A stretch of 64,000 bases of DNA from assembly GCA_011620765.1 (NCBI GenBank), contig WOYO01000082.1, forward strand, positions 8,259 to 72,258. Reading direction: 5' to 3'. Numbering within the stretch: position 1 is the first letter of the stretch; every line of letters starts with the position of its first letter. The DNA is from Thermoplasmata archaeon. Its GTDB lineage: Archaea; Thermoplasmatota; UBA186; UBA287. The notes beneath the pieces were generated by a model, which was not told where the DNA came from, searched no databases, and was given only the letters and a program-made list of their open reading frames with translations. A program made the translations under genes and the position numbers. Of the stretch, positions 1 through 9,053 are shown one piece after another.

Positions 1-58
1 CGACAATCTTGTGTTTTATACCATCCATTCTCTCGTTTATCTTCTTAAGCTCATCCAT
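1..58 (-). CDS. hypothetical protein, 5' fragment (gene starts at 58 and runs off the left edge of the window)
   Basis: ATG at 58-56 on minus strand opens a frame reading MDELKKINERMDGIKHKIV that continues past position 1. Too short to assign. Confidence 0.25.
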   Translation of the reverse strand, partial: MDELKKINERMDGIKHKIV

Positions 59-144
59 AGAAAGAATAAGCTCCCTACCTATTCTTTTTTGCGCTTGTTA
101 TTTCATTAAAGCACGTTTGACGTAATAAAGTACACATAACATAA

Positions 145-156
145 ATATATAAAATA
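145..156 (+). promoter_or_regulatory. TATA-box-like element (ataaatatataaaa) about 25-30 bp upstream of the gmk-like start
   Basis: AT-rich box at archaeal promoter spacing relative to the ATG at 179 (leaderless arrangement). Sits in a divergent intergenic region. Confidence 0.4.
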
Positions 157-178
157 GTAACAATAAAAAATAAACCAT

Positions 179-898
179 ATGGCAGAGGTATTTGTTCTGT
201 GTGGACCATCATGCGTAGGCAAGAGCCCTTTATGGAATGCAACAAAAAGAATTTACCCTGAAGTTTCCTGCGAGAAAATTGTTCTCTACACCAGCAGAGC
301 ACCGAGAGCTGGAGAGGTTGATGGCATAGATTACCACTTCCGCTCAAGGAGCTTTGTAGAAAAGCTGAAGAATGACAGAGATTTTATTGTGATGGATGTG
401 CGTGGAGATCTGCAAGCAATGAACATAGGAGAGCTTAAACAAAAAAGAGGAAAGGTCCTCTATGAAGGAAATCCATTCATAGGAGAGAAATTGTTAGAGA
501 TAAAAGAAATAGAAACAACAGGAATCTTTCTCTCACCATTATCTGGAGAAGAAATAGAACAATCCAGGGGGATGGAAGAAAAGGTGTCTCTAGAAGGGCT
601 CATAGAAGAGCTAATGAGGAAAAAGCTTTTGAGGAGAGCAAAGAACCTTAAAGGAGTTCTCTCTCTTAAAGATCTTGAAGAGGTGGAGAGAAGGTGTAAA
701 AGCGCGTATAGGGAGGTGAAATCAGGATACAAATTCGATTATGTGATACCGAACCATGATGGAGAGGATAGTGATAACTGGAGTGCTTTCTATTACCCTA
801 TAGGAGATGCAAGAAGAGCTCTGCTCTCATTCCTCGATATCCTGGAGGGTAGAGAGCCCAGGTTCTTTGAAAAGTGGGAGAGAGATCTTCTAGATTAG
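179..898 (+). CDS. gmk: guanylate kinase-like P-loop NMP kinase (239 aa, C-terminal extension relative to bacterial Gmk)
   Basis: GPSCVGKS P-loop and VLYTSRAPRAGEVDGIDYHF, matching the Gmk motifs GPSGAGKS and SHTTRxPRPGExxGxxYxF. Confidence 0.7.
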   Translation: MAEVFVLCGPSCVGKSPLWNATKRIYPEVSCEKIVLYTSRAPRAGEVDGIDYHFRSRSFVEKLKNDRDFIVMDVRGDLQAMNIGELKQKRGKVLYEGNPFIGEKLLEIKEIETTGIFLSPLSGEEIEQSRGMEEKVSLEGLIEELMRKKLLRRAKNLKGVLSLKDLEEVERRCKSAYREVKSGYKFDYVIPNHDGEDSDNWSAFYYPIGDARRALLSFLDILEGREPRFFEKWERDLLD

Positions 899-967
899 GA
901 AAGGGTGGCAGAGAGAAAGGGCAACAAAGGCACAAAAGTTTAATATTAATACAACCAAATACCAGAT

Positions 968-1417
968 ATGGAAGAGATTGGTGAAGAGGTTATTTCTGAT
1001 ATGATATACTCTATATGCTCTGCTGTTTCAGAGGTTGCTGGGAGGAGCGGGATGGCTTTTATCTCTATGGTAGGTAAGAACCTGCTCTATGAGGTTGAGG
1101 AAAAGATGAAATTACCGTCAAATAGCGAAGATGCTATAGAATCCTTGAATGATTTTCTGAACTTTTTTGTTGAGCTCGGCTATATATCAAGCATAAAAGC
1201 ATCAATGGACAATAACATCCTTTCCTTTGAATTCCAGGACATAAGATTTTTAGAGAGTGAAAAGCTTCTCCAGAAAGAGAAGAGTGCGGTTCTGCCGCTC
1301 TACGTAACGTTCGCAGCAAGAGCCTTTTTAGAAAAATATTTTGGTATTGGCTTGATTTACAAGGATTACGGAATAAAGGATGAGCAGACAACTTCTGCGT
1401 CCTTAAGGGTTCTATGA
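968..1417 (+). CDS. hypothetical protein (149 aa)
   Basis: ORF with ATG start. Stop overlaps next gene start (ATGA at 1414-1417). No recognisable motif. Confidence 0.45.
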   Translation: MEEIGEEVISDMIYSICSAVSEVAGRSGMAFISMVGKNLLYEVEEKMKLPSNSEDAIESLNDFLNFFVELGYISSIKASMDNNILSFEFQDIRFLESEKLLQKEKSAVLPLYVTFAARAFLEKYFGIGLIYKDYGIKDEQTTSASLRVL

Positions 1418-2136
1418 ATAGGGAAGAAATAATAGAGCATTTTGGTGGGCTCATAGATGAAGAAGCTCTGGATCTCTTAGAAAGAGAGAGGGAAACAGAG
1501 ATCTTTGAGGTTGACAGATTAAACGCAGATCTCATCGGCAGGAACATAAATGTTAAAGGGAAGATAACCAAGATAAATGGAAGAAGAAAGATTGGGGAAC
1601 ATGAAGTCGCAACAGCTTTTCTCGGCAACCTGAAGCTATCGTTCTGGGATGAGGCGATAGATCTGCTTGAAAAGATAAAAGAGGGTTTTGTAATTGTGAT
1701 AGTAAATGGGATGCTGAGAAAAAGGGATGAAAACCTAGAGCTTGTTGTGAACAGATGGAGCGAGATGGATATTCTCTCTGAAAAAAGCGAGAGCTATTTC
1801 TTTCCATTAGATAGACTTCCGATCAATGAGCGGGTAAATGTGATGGGCATGGCTATAGAAAAACCCAGCATAAGGAGCTTCCTCAAAAACAACAATGAGA
1901 TAGGTGTTGTGGGATCTGTATTTCTGAGCGATGGTACAAACACTGTAAGGCTTGTTGCGTGGGATTCTGCGGTTAAGGGGCTAAAGGAAGTTGATATCTA
2001 TGATAAAGTTCAGGTATATGACTGCAGGGTAAAAAAGAACATGATGATAGAGCTTCACTGCGATAGTCTCAGCAGGATCCTGCTTTTACCAGAAAAAAGT
2101 GAAGAGACTGAGAATAGCGTACGGAGCAACGTATGA
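1414..2136 (+). CDS. RPA-like ssDNA-binding protein with two OB folds (240 aa)
   Basis: Two segments with RPA-type OB-fold pattern: NINVKGKITKI...KLSFWDEAIDLL...VIVIVNG and VNVMGMAIEKP...VRLVAWDSAVKGL...VQVYDCRV. 4-nt overlaps with both flanking genes. Confidence 0.5.
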   Translation: MNREEIIEHFGGLIDEEALDLLERERETEIFEVDRLNADLIGRNINVKGKITKINGRRKIGEHEVATAFLGNLKLSFWDEAIDLLEKIKEGFVIVIVNGMLRKRDENLELVVNRWSEMDILSEKSESYFFPLDRLPINERVNVMGMAIEKPSIRSFLKNNNEIGVVGSVFLSDGTNTVRLVAWDSAVKGLKEVDIYDKVQVYDCRVKKNMMIELHCDSLSRILLLPEKSEETENSVRSNV

Positions 2137-2753
2137 AAATAGTTGGCATTAATGGTAGCCCCAGAAAAGGGAAGAACACATCATACCTTGTGGAAAAGGC
2201 GCTCGAAGGAGCGCGGGCTATGGGAGCTGAAACCGAGATGATAGATCTTGTAGATTTCAGAATAGAGCACTGCAATGGGTGCAACCATTGCTTGACCCAC
2301 GATGAATGTCCTATTGATGATGGCATGAATAGTGTTGTTAGCCTCCTGCTGGATGCTGATGGTATCATCATAGGCACACCTGTTTATCATCTGAATGTAA
2401 GCGGACTGCTGAAGGATTTTATGGACAGGAGCAGATATCTGAAGATGGTTGAATTCAAAATGAAGAATAAAATAGGTGGAGCTATAGCGGTTGCCGGATT
2501 AAGGAATGGGGGGCAGGAGCTTGCGCTCAATGCATTGTATAACTATTTTCTGGGCCTGGGAATGATCGTTGTTGGACCTGCAACAGATGGTATAAGAACA
2601 ACTATGGGGGGGATAGGGACGCTCTATAAAGAGATAGATCAGGAAAACGGAAGGATTTACTACCAGAGAAGTTCGGACGATATTCTCGCTGTGGATTCCT
2701 GTTTTGCTCTCGGTAAAAGGGTAGTTGAAGTTGCTGGCGCCATTTTTAGCTGA
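2133..2753 (+). CDS. iron-sulfur flavoprotein (Isf) / NADPH-dependent FMN reductase family
   Basis: Flavodoxin-like N-terminus MKIVGINGSPRKGKNT and compact cysteine cluster CNGCNHCLTHDEC (CX2CX2CX5C) typical of Isf. Confidence 0.7.
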   Translation: MKIVGINGSPRKGKNTSYLVEKALEGARAMGAETEMIDLVDFRIEHCNGCNHCLTHDECPIDDGMNSVVSLLLDADGIIIGTPVYHLNVSGLLKDFMDRSRYLKMVEFKMKNKIGGAIAVAGLRNGGQELALNALYNYFLGLGMIVVGPATDGIRTTMGGIGTLYKEIDQENGRIYYQRSSDDILAVDSCFALGKRVVEVAGAIFS

Positions 2754-2792
2754 GATTTTTATTGCATTCTGTTCCAGTGATTCAAAAACAGA

Positions 2793-3143
2793 CTAACGTC
2801 CTTTTGCCTCAAACAACAGCGACAAACCCAGGGCGCTCTCCTTTACTCCGGAGAACCTCACCTCTTTGCCTATCTCAACTTCCCTCTCTACTCTAACCAT
2901 AAGTCTCATTCCATTGGAGAGCTCTACCAGAGCCACAGTATATGGCGCTTCAGAAGAGAATTCTTTGGGAGCAACAAAGATCTTCGTGCATGTTATTACT
3001 CTACCCTCCTCTGGCTCTATTTCCTTCTCAAGATCCCTTGAGCCGCAGAAAGGGCATATCTCTCTTATAGTGTGCTTACCGCATTCGCATCTGTATCCTA
3101 CTATCCTCCCCTTCTTTGCTTCTTCTACAAACTCTCTGTACAT
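2793..3143 (-). CDS. DUF35 Zn-ribbon/OB-fold protein (thiolase/HMG-CoA synthase-associated)
   Basis: CxxC...CxxC zinc ribbon (CECGK...CPFCGS) followed by an OB-fold region. Sits directly downstream of the thiolase-like gene as in archaeal thiolase/DUF35 complexes. Confidence 0.7.
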   Translation of the reverse strand: MYREFVEEAKKGRIVGYRCECGKHTIREICPFCGSRDLEKEIEPEEGRVITCTKIFVAPKEFSSEAPYTVALVELSNGMRLMVRVEREVEIGKEVRFSGVKESALGLSLLFEAKGR

Positions 3144-3144
3144 C

Positions 3145-4281
3145 CTAAGACCTCCTCAATATCCCAACAACGCATGAAGGACCTGAGCCACCTACATTGC
3201 TTATGAGCCCCACCTCTGCGCCCTTAACCTGATTGTGAGCCTCGTTATGAAGCTGCTTTACCACCTCTATAGCCATTGAGACACCTGTAGCTCCCACAGG
3301 ATGCCCCTTTGCCTTTAACCCTCCATCCGTATTCACAGGTTTTTTTCCATCGAAATATGTTTCTTTTTCTTTTGCGGCCTTTATCCCCTCTCCATGTTTA
3401 TAAAAACCTAAAGCCTCAATATTCTGGACCTCTGCGATCGTAAAACAGTCATGCACCTCTGCTACATCTATGTCCTCTGGTGCAACCCCAGCAACATTGT
3501 ATGCTCTTTTACCAGCTATCTCAACACCCTCAAGCCATGATATGTCTTCTCCCCTCTCAGCTAATGCCATTCGAGACACCGCTGCCTCACAGCTTGCAAG
3601 CTCTACATCCTTCTTTTCGCTAGTCAATATCATTGCAGCAGCACCATCGGATATAGGGCTGCAGTCGTATAAGCACAGAGGCTCGGCGATTATCGGAGAT
3701 CCGTAATACATCTCTTTCGTTATCTCCCTCTGAAACTGTGCATAAGGGTTTTTAGACGCATGATAGTGGTTCTTTATTGCTATCTCTGCGAGATCATCCT
3801 TTGTGCCTCCAATGTTTTTCAGGTAATAGCTGGCCATAAGTGCATAATAACCCGGGAATGTTATGCCGCAGGGCGCTTCATAAAATGCATCTCCTGCTGT
3901 CGCCAGGATCCCTGTTATCTCCGGTGTAGTTTTCGCGGTCATCTTTTCTACACCAACAACCATAACAGTCTTTGCAAAGCCTCCCTTGATCGCTCTGAAA
4001 GCTTCATGCAGTGCAAAGCTTCCACTGGCGCATGCGCTCTCAACGTGCGTTGCCTTTATGTTGTTTTTCAGGCCTAAACTGCCATAGAGCGCTGGCCCGA
4101 GATGCGCCTGCCCCTCAAACAGGTTCTGCGCGAAGTTGCCAACATAAAGCTCCTCTATCTCTTCGGGCGCGATCCCTGCATCTTCCATGGCTTTCGCCGC
4201 TGCCTCCACAGATAGCTCCATAGAGTTCTCAGCGTGTTTACCGAATTTTGTCATTCCCGTTCCTGCAACATACACATTCAT
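3145..4281 (-). CDS. thiolase-like protein (acetyl-CoA C-acetyltransferase, archaeal type)
   Basis: MNVYVAGTGMTKFGKH N-terminus, active-site Cys region SACASGS, C-terminal GHPVGATG and NVGGSG motifs of the thiolase fold. Confidence 0.85.
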   Translation of the reverse strand: MNVYVAGTGMTKFGKHAENSMELSVEAAAKAMEDAGIAPEEIEELYVGNFAQNLFEGQAHLGPALYGSLGLKNNIKATHVESACASGSFALHEAFRAIKGGFAKTVMVVGVEKMTAKTTPEITGILATAGDAFYEAPCGITFPGYYALMASYYLKNIGGTKDDLAEIAIKNHYHASKNPYAQFQREITKEMYYGSPIIAEPLCLYDCSPISDGAAAMILTSEKKDVELASCEAAVSRMALAERGEDISWLEGVEIAGKRAYNVAGVAPEDIDVAEVHDCFTIAEVQNIEALGFYKHGEGIKAAKEKETYFDGKKPVNTDGGLKAKGHPVGATGVSMAIEVVKQLHNEAHNQVKGAEVGLISNVGGSGPSCVVGILRRS

Positions 4282-4507
4282 TTATTCACCTCCGGTAGGA
4301 TCAGAGCCTATCTCTATTGGCTCCCCCACTCATCAAATTCAGTATATACCTCTCCAGATATATATGTGTAGCACAGTAGCGTATGGCGCAGAATAAAATA
4401 CATGCACCATACGTAACTGCCCTTTTATCAAAAAACCTGCAGGATCAGCTGTACATTCAGAGCCCTTCAAGGTGCAACAGGTATATATTAACAGTGCAAT
4501 TACTATT

Positions 4508-5899
4508 ATGAAGATCGTTGAGTGTGTGCCAAATTTCAGTGAAGGAAGGAGAAAAGAGGTTATAGACGAAATAGCAAAAGTTATAAGAAATGCAGGCGTC
4601 GAGATCCTGGATGTAGAGAGCAATGAGATCCATAATAGATGTGTTATCACCTTTGTCGGAGGATTGAATGACGTAGCGGAGGCTGCTTTTCTTGGAGCAA
4701 AGAGAGCAGCAGAGCTCATAGACCTGAACAAACATGAAGGAGAACATCCACGCATAGGTGCGTGTGATGTTATACCCTTTATACCCATAACCGCGAGTAT
4801 AGAAGATTGCAAAGAAATAGCCGAGCAAACCGGTAAAAAGATAGCGTCTGAGCTTCACATACCCATATATTTCTATGAGGAGAATGCCAGAAACGAGGAG
4901 AGAAAGAGACTTGAGAATATAAGAAAAGGGAACTATGAATGGCTGAAGGAGCATTTCGATGAGAGGCCAGCAGACATCGGGGATAGGATACATCCCACGG
5001 CAGGTGCCACGGTTGTTGGGGCTAGAAGACCTTTGATAGCTTATAATGTATATCTAAACAAGCCTTCCGATGCCATGGGAAAAAAGATAGCAAAAGCGGT
5101 GAGGGAAAGCAGTGGTGGACTGAAAAATGTGAAAGCAATAGGCTTTATCGATGGGCAAAGGACACAGATATCGATGAACCTTGTTGATTTCAACACAACG
5201 CCAATGTATAGAGTTTTTGAGCTCATCAAGGATGAAGCGGAGCGCTACGGTGCTGTTGCAGATGAGGGGGAGATCGTGGGACTGATACCCGAAAAGGCAT
5301 TGATAGATAGCGCGATGCACTACCTTCAGCTGAACAGCTTTGATGAGAAACAGATCCTTGAGAAGAGACTTGAGAGCCTGTTTGCTATGCAAAAGATATA
5401 TGACTTTGCCTCAGCCTTAGCTTCTAGCAATCCTGTACCAGGCGGAGGCTCAGCAAGCGCAATAGTGGGGGCTTTTTCCTGCGCTCTTGCTGAAAAGGTT
5501 TGTGCATTGAGCGGGCTCTATGAAGAGAAGGAGAAGCTTGAAGCTTTGAGAGATAGATTTTTTGGTCTCGCACAGAAGGATAGCGCAGCATTCATGCAGG
5601 TTATGGATGCTTACAGAATACCAAAAGAACAGGAAGATAGAAAAGAGAGAATACAGGAAGCACTGAAGCATGCAACTCTTGTGCCTTTAGAAACCTACAG
5701 TGCATGCAAGGAAGCTTTGGAGGTAGAGGAGAAAGTTTTAGAGCAGGGGAAGAAGAGCGCTCTTTCTGACATACAAAGCGCCATAGAGCTTGCCAGGAGC
5801 GCAATGAAATGTGCCAGATACAATGTTGAGATAAACCTGGATAGTATAAAAGATGAGAGATTCAAAAGCGAGATCTCTAATGGGATAAAGGATAATTGA
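4508..5899 (+). CDS. ftcD: bifunctional glutamate formiminotransferase / formimidoyl-tetrahydrofolate cyclodeaminase (FTCD-like)
   Basis: N-terminus MKIVECVPNFSEGRR...GEHPRIGACDVIPFIP matches the formiminotransferase domain. C-terminal part carries the cyclodeaminase signature NPVPGGGSASAIVGAFSCALAEKV. Start moved to the internal ATG at 4508; the track ORF begins at 4472. Confidence 0.8.
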   Translation: MKIVECVPNFSEGRRKEVIDEIAKVIRNAGVEILDVESNEIHNRCVITFVGGLNDVAEAAFLGAKRAAELIDLNKHEGEHPRIGACDVIPFIPITASIEDCKEIAEQTGKKIASELHIPIYFYEENARNEERKRLENIRKGNYEWLKEHFDERPADIGDRIHPTAGATVVGARRPLIAYNVYLNKPSDAMGKKIAKAVRESSGGLKNVKAIGFIDGQRTQISMNLVDFNTTPMYRVFELIKDEAERYGAVADEGEIVGLIPEKALIDSAMHYLQLNSFDEKQILEKRLESLFAMQKIYDFASALASSNPVPGGGSASAIVGAFSCALAEKVCALSGLYEEKEKLEALRDRFFGLAQKDSAAFMQVMDAYRIPKEQEDRKERIQEALKHATLVPLETYSACKEALEVEEKVLEQGKKSALSDIQSAIELARSAMKCARYNVEINLDSIKDERFKSEISNGIKDN

Positions 5900-5919
5900 A
5901 GATGTCATATCATCCTAGA

Positions 5920-6310
5920 TAGTTCCTAATAATAGTTGTCTCCCTGCCGCTCTGGCCCTCTTCCTTAGCTTAACTCCCGAAACAAACAGAGAGGAGTACA
6001 TGGGCATAACTTTAGAATCCCTATGATGGCCGGGGGTTTGCTTCTTGCTATAATGAGCATAGCTGCTGCATGGAATACAGCTTGGGGGCGGTAGAAGTTT
6101 GGATGGAAATAGGAGCAGTAAACAAGTCAAAAAAAAAGGATATCACAATAGCGCCATTAGCCTTGCCATCCATAGCTGGACCCGGAGCAATAGCCTTAGG
6201 TGTGGTGCTTACAAACAGGAGGCCGTGGTACATAGTGATAACCCTAGCTATGCTTGATGACGTCGCTGCTCTAACTAACCGACAACGCCTTTCTCCCTTT
6301 TCACGCCTCT
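5920..6310 (+). pseudogene. decayed MarC-family (UPF0056) membrane protein gene, frameshifted and lacking a start
   Basis: Frame 3 reads ...AALALFLSLTPETNREEYMGITLESL then stop. Frame 1 (6070-6315) reads ...DITIAPLALPSIAGPGAIALGVVL, the MarC C-terminal-half motif. An A9 homopolymer at 6131-6139 lies between them. No intact ORF over 81 aa in 375 bp. Confidence 0.35.
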
Positions 6311-7399
6311 CTTAAAGCGCTCAAAGGAAAAAGAAGAAACAAGATCTCTATACCTTTCAGAGCCCGTGATCATGGAAGCTATAGCTCTACCAACAAAAGG
6401 GCTGAGCATAAAGCCATGGCCGCTGAAACCGTTAGCCTGTATAAAACGCTCATAGCCTGCTGGGCCCAGTATGGGTAGAGCATCGGGGGTCATATCATAG
6501 GCTCCTGCCCATTGTCTAAGAAGCCTCAGGCTTTTTATCTGCGGTAAGTGTTCTTCGAAGAGCTTCTTTGCTCTTATTGCAAAAGAAAGAGTTGGAGTAA
6601 GATCTTCGGTTGGCTCTGCTTCTAATGGTGAGTATCCACCAACGAGTTCACCACGCACTGTCTGGCTTATGTAAAAGTTTTTTGAAAAGGACATTAACAT
6701 AGGATCCAGGAAATGATCCATCGCCTCGGTAGCAAATATCTCATGCTTGTATGGTTCTATCGGTAAAGAAACACCGAGCATATCTGCGATCTTTTTAGAC
6801 TCATATCCAGCCGCATTCACCACAAAATCCGCCCCATAGTTATTCTTATCTGTCAGGATCTCAAAGCCTCCATTATAGCTGATCTTTCTTACCTCTTCAT
6901 GCGTCCTTATGTCTGCACCAAGCTCTTTTGCCCTGTCTCTATAACCGAAAGAGACTTTGAATGGGTTCGCTACGCCGTCCATTTTGCAGAAAGAGGCCCC
7001 AACAGCATCATAGGGCTCAACGCCAAAAGCCTCTATCTCCTTTACGGTAAGGATCCTGCTAGGCACTCCGATAGAGTTTTGCATCCTGACGTTCTCCTTA
7101 AACTCTTCTAGCTCTTTATCGCTATGTGCGAGTATTAGATAGCCTCCCTTCCTGAGCTCAATATCGCATGCGAGTTCTTCAGCGAGAGAATCAAAGAGCT
7201 TTGAGCTCTCAAGAGCTATTCTGCACGTCTCTTCCGTTGTGAATTGCGTTCTTATGCCACCACCACATTTGCCTGTTGCTCCGTCCGTTATGTAGCCCCT
7301 CTCTATGAGGGTTACGCTTTCCCCAAGCTTTGCCAGATTGTATGCTATGGACGCGCCATTTACCCCTCCGCCTATGATAACGGTTTTACTCATTTTCAT
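6275..7399 (-). CDS. FAD-dependent oxidoreductase, sarcosine oxidase beta / L-proline dehydrogenase beta-like
   Basis: VIIGGGVNGASIAYNLAK dinucleotide fold plus IPIEPYKH, WAGAYDMTPD, GFSGHGFMLSPFVG and RFKRG motifs shared with SoxB/PDH-beta. Start set at an internal ATG (7399) to remove the overlap with the upstream gene. Confidence 0.8.
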   Translation of the reverse strand: MKMSKTVIIGGGVNGASIAYNLAKLGESVTLIERGYITDGATGKCGGGIRTQFTTEETCRIALESSKLFDSLAEELACDIELRKGGYLILAHSDKELEEFKENVRMQNSIGVPSRILTVKEIEAFGVEPYDAVGASFCKMDGVANPFKVSFGYRDRAKELGADIRTHEEVRKISYNGGFEILTDKNNYGADFVVNAAGYESKKIADMLGVSLPIEPYKHEIFATEAMDHFLDPMLMSFSKNFYISQTVRGELVGGYSPLEAEPTEDLTPTLSFAIRAKKLFEEHLPQIKSLRLLRQWAGAYDMTPDALPILGPAGYERFIQANGFSGHGFMLSPFVGRAIASMITGSERYRDLVSSFSFERFKRGVKREKGVVG

Positions 7400-7661
7400 C
7401 CCCCTCTCTCTCTTCAACTTCATCTTCCAGAAGGAAAAAGCTCACAGGCTTTACTGGAGGCCTGTTTTTTGTAAATGGTACCTCTTTAACTCCCTGCTCA
7501 AGAAGTATCTGTCTCAAAAGCCTGTTGCACCCTCTGCCCTGGCATGTGCCCATGGAGCAGCGCAGGTAACGCTTCAGCTCTTCTATGTCTGTATAACCCT
7601 TCTTTATGGCATCAAGAACATCATCATATGTAACATCCTCACATCTGCAAACAATCTTCAT
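7386..7661 (-). CDS. BFD-like [2Fe-2S]-binding small protein (SoxA N-terminal/HcnA/PDH-delta-like)
   Basis: KIVCRCEDVTYDDVLDAIKKG...CSMGTCQGRGC: four-Cys BFD-like domain. Immediately upstream of the FAD oxidoreductase. Confidence 0.6.
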   Translation of the reverse strand: MKIVCRCEDVTYDDVLDAIKKGYTDIEELKRYLRCSMGTCQGRGCNRLLRQILLEQGVKEVPFTKNRPPVKPVSFFLLEDEVEEREGDENE

Positions 7662-7669
7662 TTCTCACC

Positions 7670-8083
7670 TCAGAGATAGGCCTGTTTGTCCTCGTCCTTC
7701 CCCTCAAATTTCATTCTGGGTATGGGTAAAGGCGGTGGAAGGTTCAACTCCTTTGAGAGCATAAAAATCGTTGACATGCAGTACGCCATCGGCGCGTTCA
7801 TAAGCTCTTTTGCTGTTTCCTTATCCTCTATCTTTTTGCTACTCCCCCATGATTCAACCAGAGCATCAACGTTGCCACTGTAGAGCATTCTACCCTCTAT
7901 CCTTACCATGCCTATCGGTAAAAAGTTTGTTGAGAAAGAAAAATCTACACTGGCTTTTTCTCCGTCTTTTGTCACGTTAAGGATCGTTGTGCTATGGTTA
8001 ACACTTATCTTGTAGCTTTTCGCTTCTGCAAGCTCTATATATCTTCTTCCTTCTATCCCTCTCATCTCTATTCGCTCTATCAC
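7670..8083 (-). CDS. hypothetical protein (137 aa)
   Basis: ORF between argF and the BFD-like gene on the same strand with 1-8 nt spacers. No recognisable motif. Confidence 0.45.
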   Translation of the reverse strand: MIERIEMRGIEGRRYIELAEAKSYKISVNHSTTILNVTKDGEKASVDFSFSTNFLPIGMVRIEGRMLYSGNVDALVESWGSSKKIEDKETAKELMNAPMAYCMSTIFMLSKELNLPPPLPIPRMKFEGKDEDKQAYL

Positions 8084-8084
8084 A

Positions 8085-8987
8085 TCACATCAGCTCCAGA
8101 AGAATTGCCTTTTGTGCATGCAATCTGTTCTCAGCTTCATCAAAGACAACAGAATGCTCCCCATCAATCACCTCATGAGCTACCTCTAGCCCCCGGTGCG
8201 CAGGCAAACAGTGCAGGAATATGAAATCTTCCTTTGCGTTCTTTACCAGGGCATTATTTACCTGATATGGCATGAATAGCTTCTCCCTCTCTCCCTTTTC
8301 CTCCTCCATACCCATAGAGACCCAGACATCCGTGTAGATCACATCAGCCCCCTCGATGGCTTTTTTCGGGTCTTCAAAAACCTCTACTTTACTATGCTCT
8401 CTCTCTTTCGCAAGCTCCCTGGCTTTTTCTAACATGCCTGGTTCATAGCCTTTCGGGCAACCAACAGCTATGTCCATACCAACGATTGGAGCAGCAAGAA
8501 GCAGAGAATTGCAAACGTTATTTCCGTCCCCAACATATGCCAGCTTTAACCCTTTAAGCTTTCCTTTCTTCTCCTTGATCGTCATCAGATCCGCGACTAT
8601 CTGGCACGGATGCTCGAGATCATCCAGAGCGTTTATCACAGGAACTGTTGAGTTTGATGCAAGCTTTACCATCATCTCATGGCTGAAAGCCCTGTACACT
8701 ATCCCGTCAACAAACCTGCTCAGAACCTTTGCTGTGTCTTCAACAGTCTCTCCTCTGCCAAGCTGCATCTGGTCCGGGCTAAGGTAGAGCGCATGACCAC
8801 CGAGCTGTGTCATCGCAACCTCAAAGCTAACCCTTGTTCTTGTGCTTGACTTCTCAAAGATCATCGCAAGGCTCTTTCCCTTTAGCTCTTCGCTGTATCT
8901 CCTGCCCTTGATAGCTATCCCTTTGTCTACGAGCTCCTCGAGCTTATCCTCCACATCCAATATCGATAGAAGGTGCATAGAAAGCAT
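8085..8987 (-). CDS. argF: ornithine carbamoyltransferase
   Basis: [11 protein letters not shown] carbamoyl-phosphate binding motif, HPCQ, and [11 protein letters not shown] ornithine-binding motif. Confidence 0.9.
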   Translation of the reverse strand: MLSMHLLSILDVEDKLEELVDKGIAIKGRRYSEELKGKSLAMIFEKSSTRTRVSFEVAMTQLGGHALYLSPDQMQLGRGETVEDTAKVLSRFVDGIVYRAFSHEMMVKLASNSTVPVINALDDLEHPCQIVADLMTIKEKKGKLKGLKLAYVGDGNNVCNSLLLAAPIVGMDIAVGCPKGYEPGMLEKARELAKEREHSKVEVFEDPKKAIEGADVIYTDVWVSMGMEEEKGEREKLFMPYQVNNALVKNAKEDFIFLHCLPAHRGLEVAHEVIDGEHSVVFDEAENRLHAQKAILLELM

Positions 8988-9053
8988 AGCCTTGCTTCAT
9001 TAAATTCCTTTCGTTGATGGCAAAAGAGATTAACGCAATAGAGCATTTTTATT

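Noticed and set aside
5900-6275. Possible SRP RNA or other structured ncRNA in the ORF-free 375-bp region
   Set aside because: No SRP helix-8 or domain-IV consensus (GGAAGGGAGCAA-type) and no RNase P CR-I (GGAAAGTCCGG). Two frames carry MarC-family peptide motifs, so a decayed protein gene explains it better.
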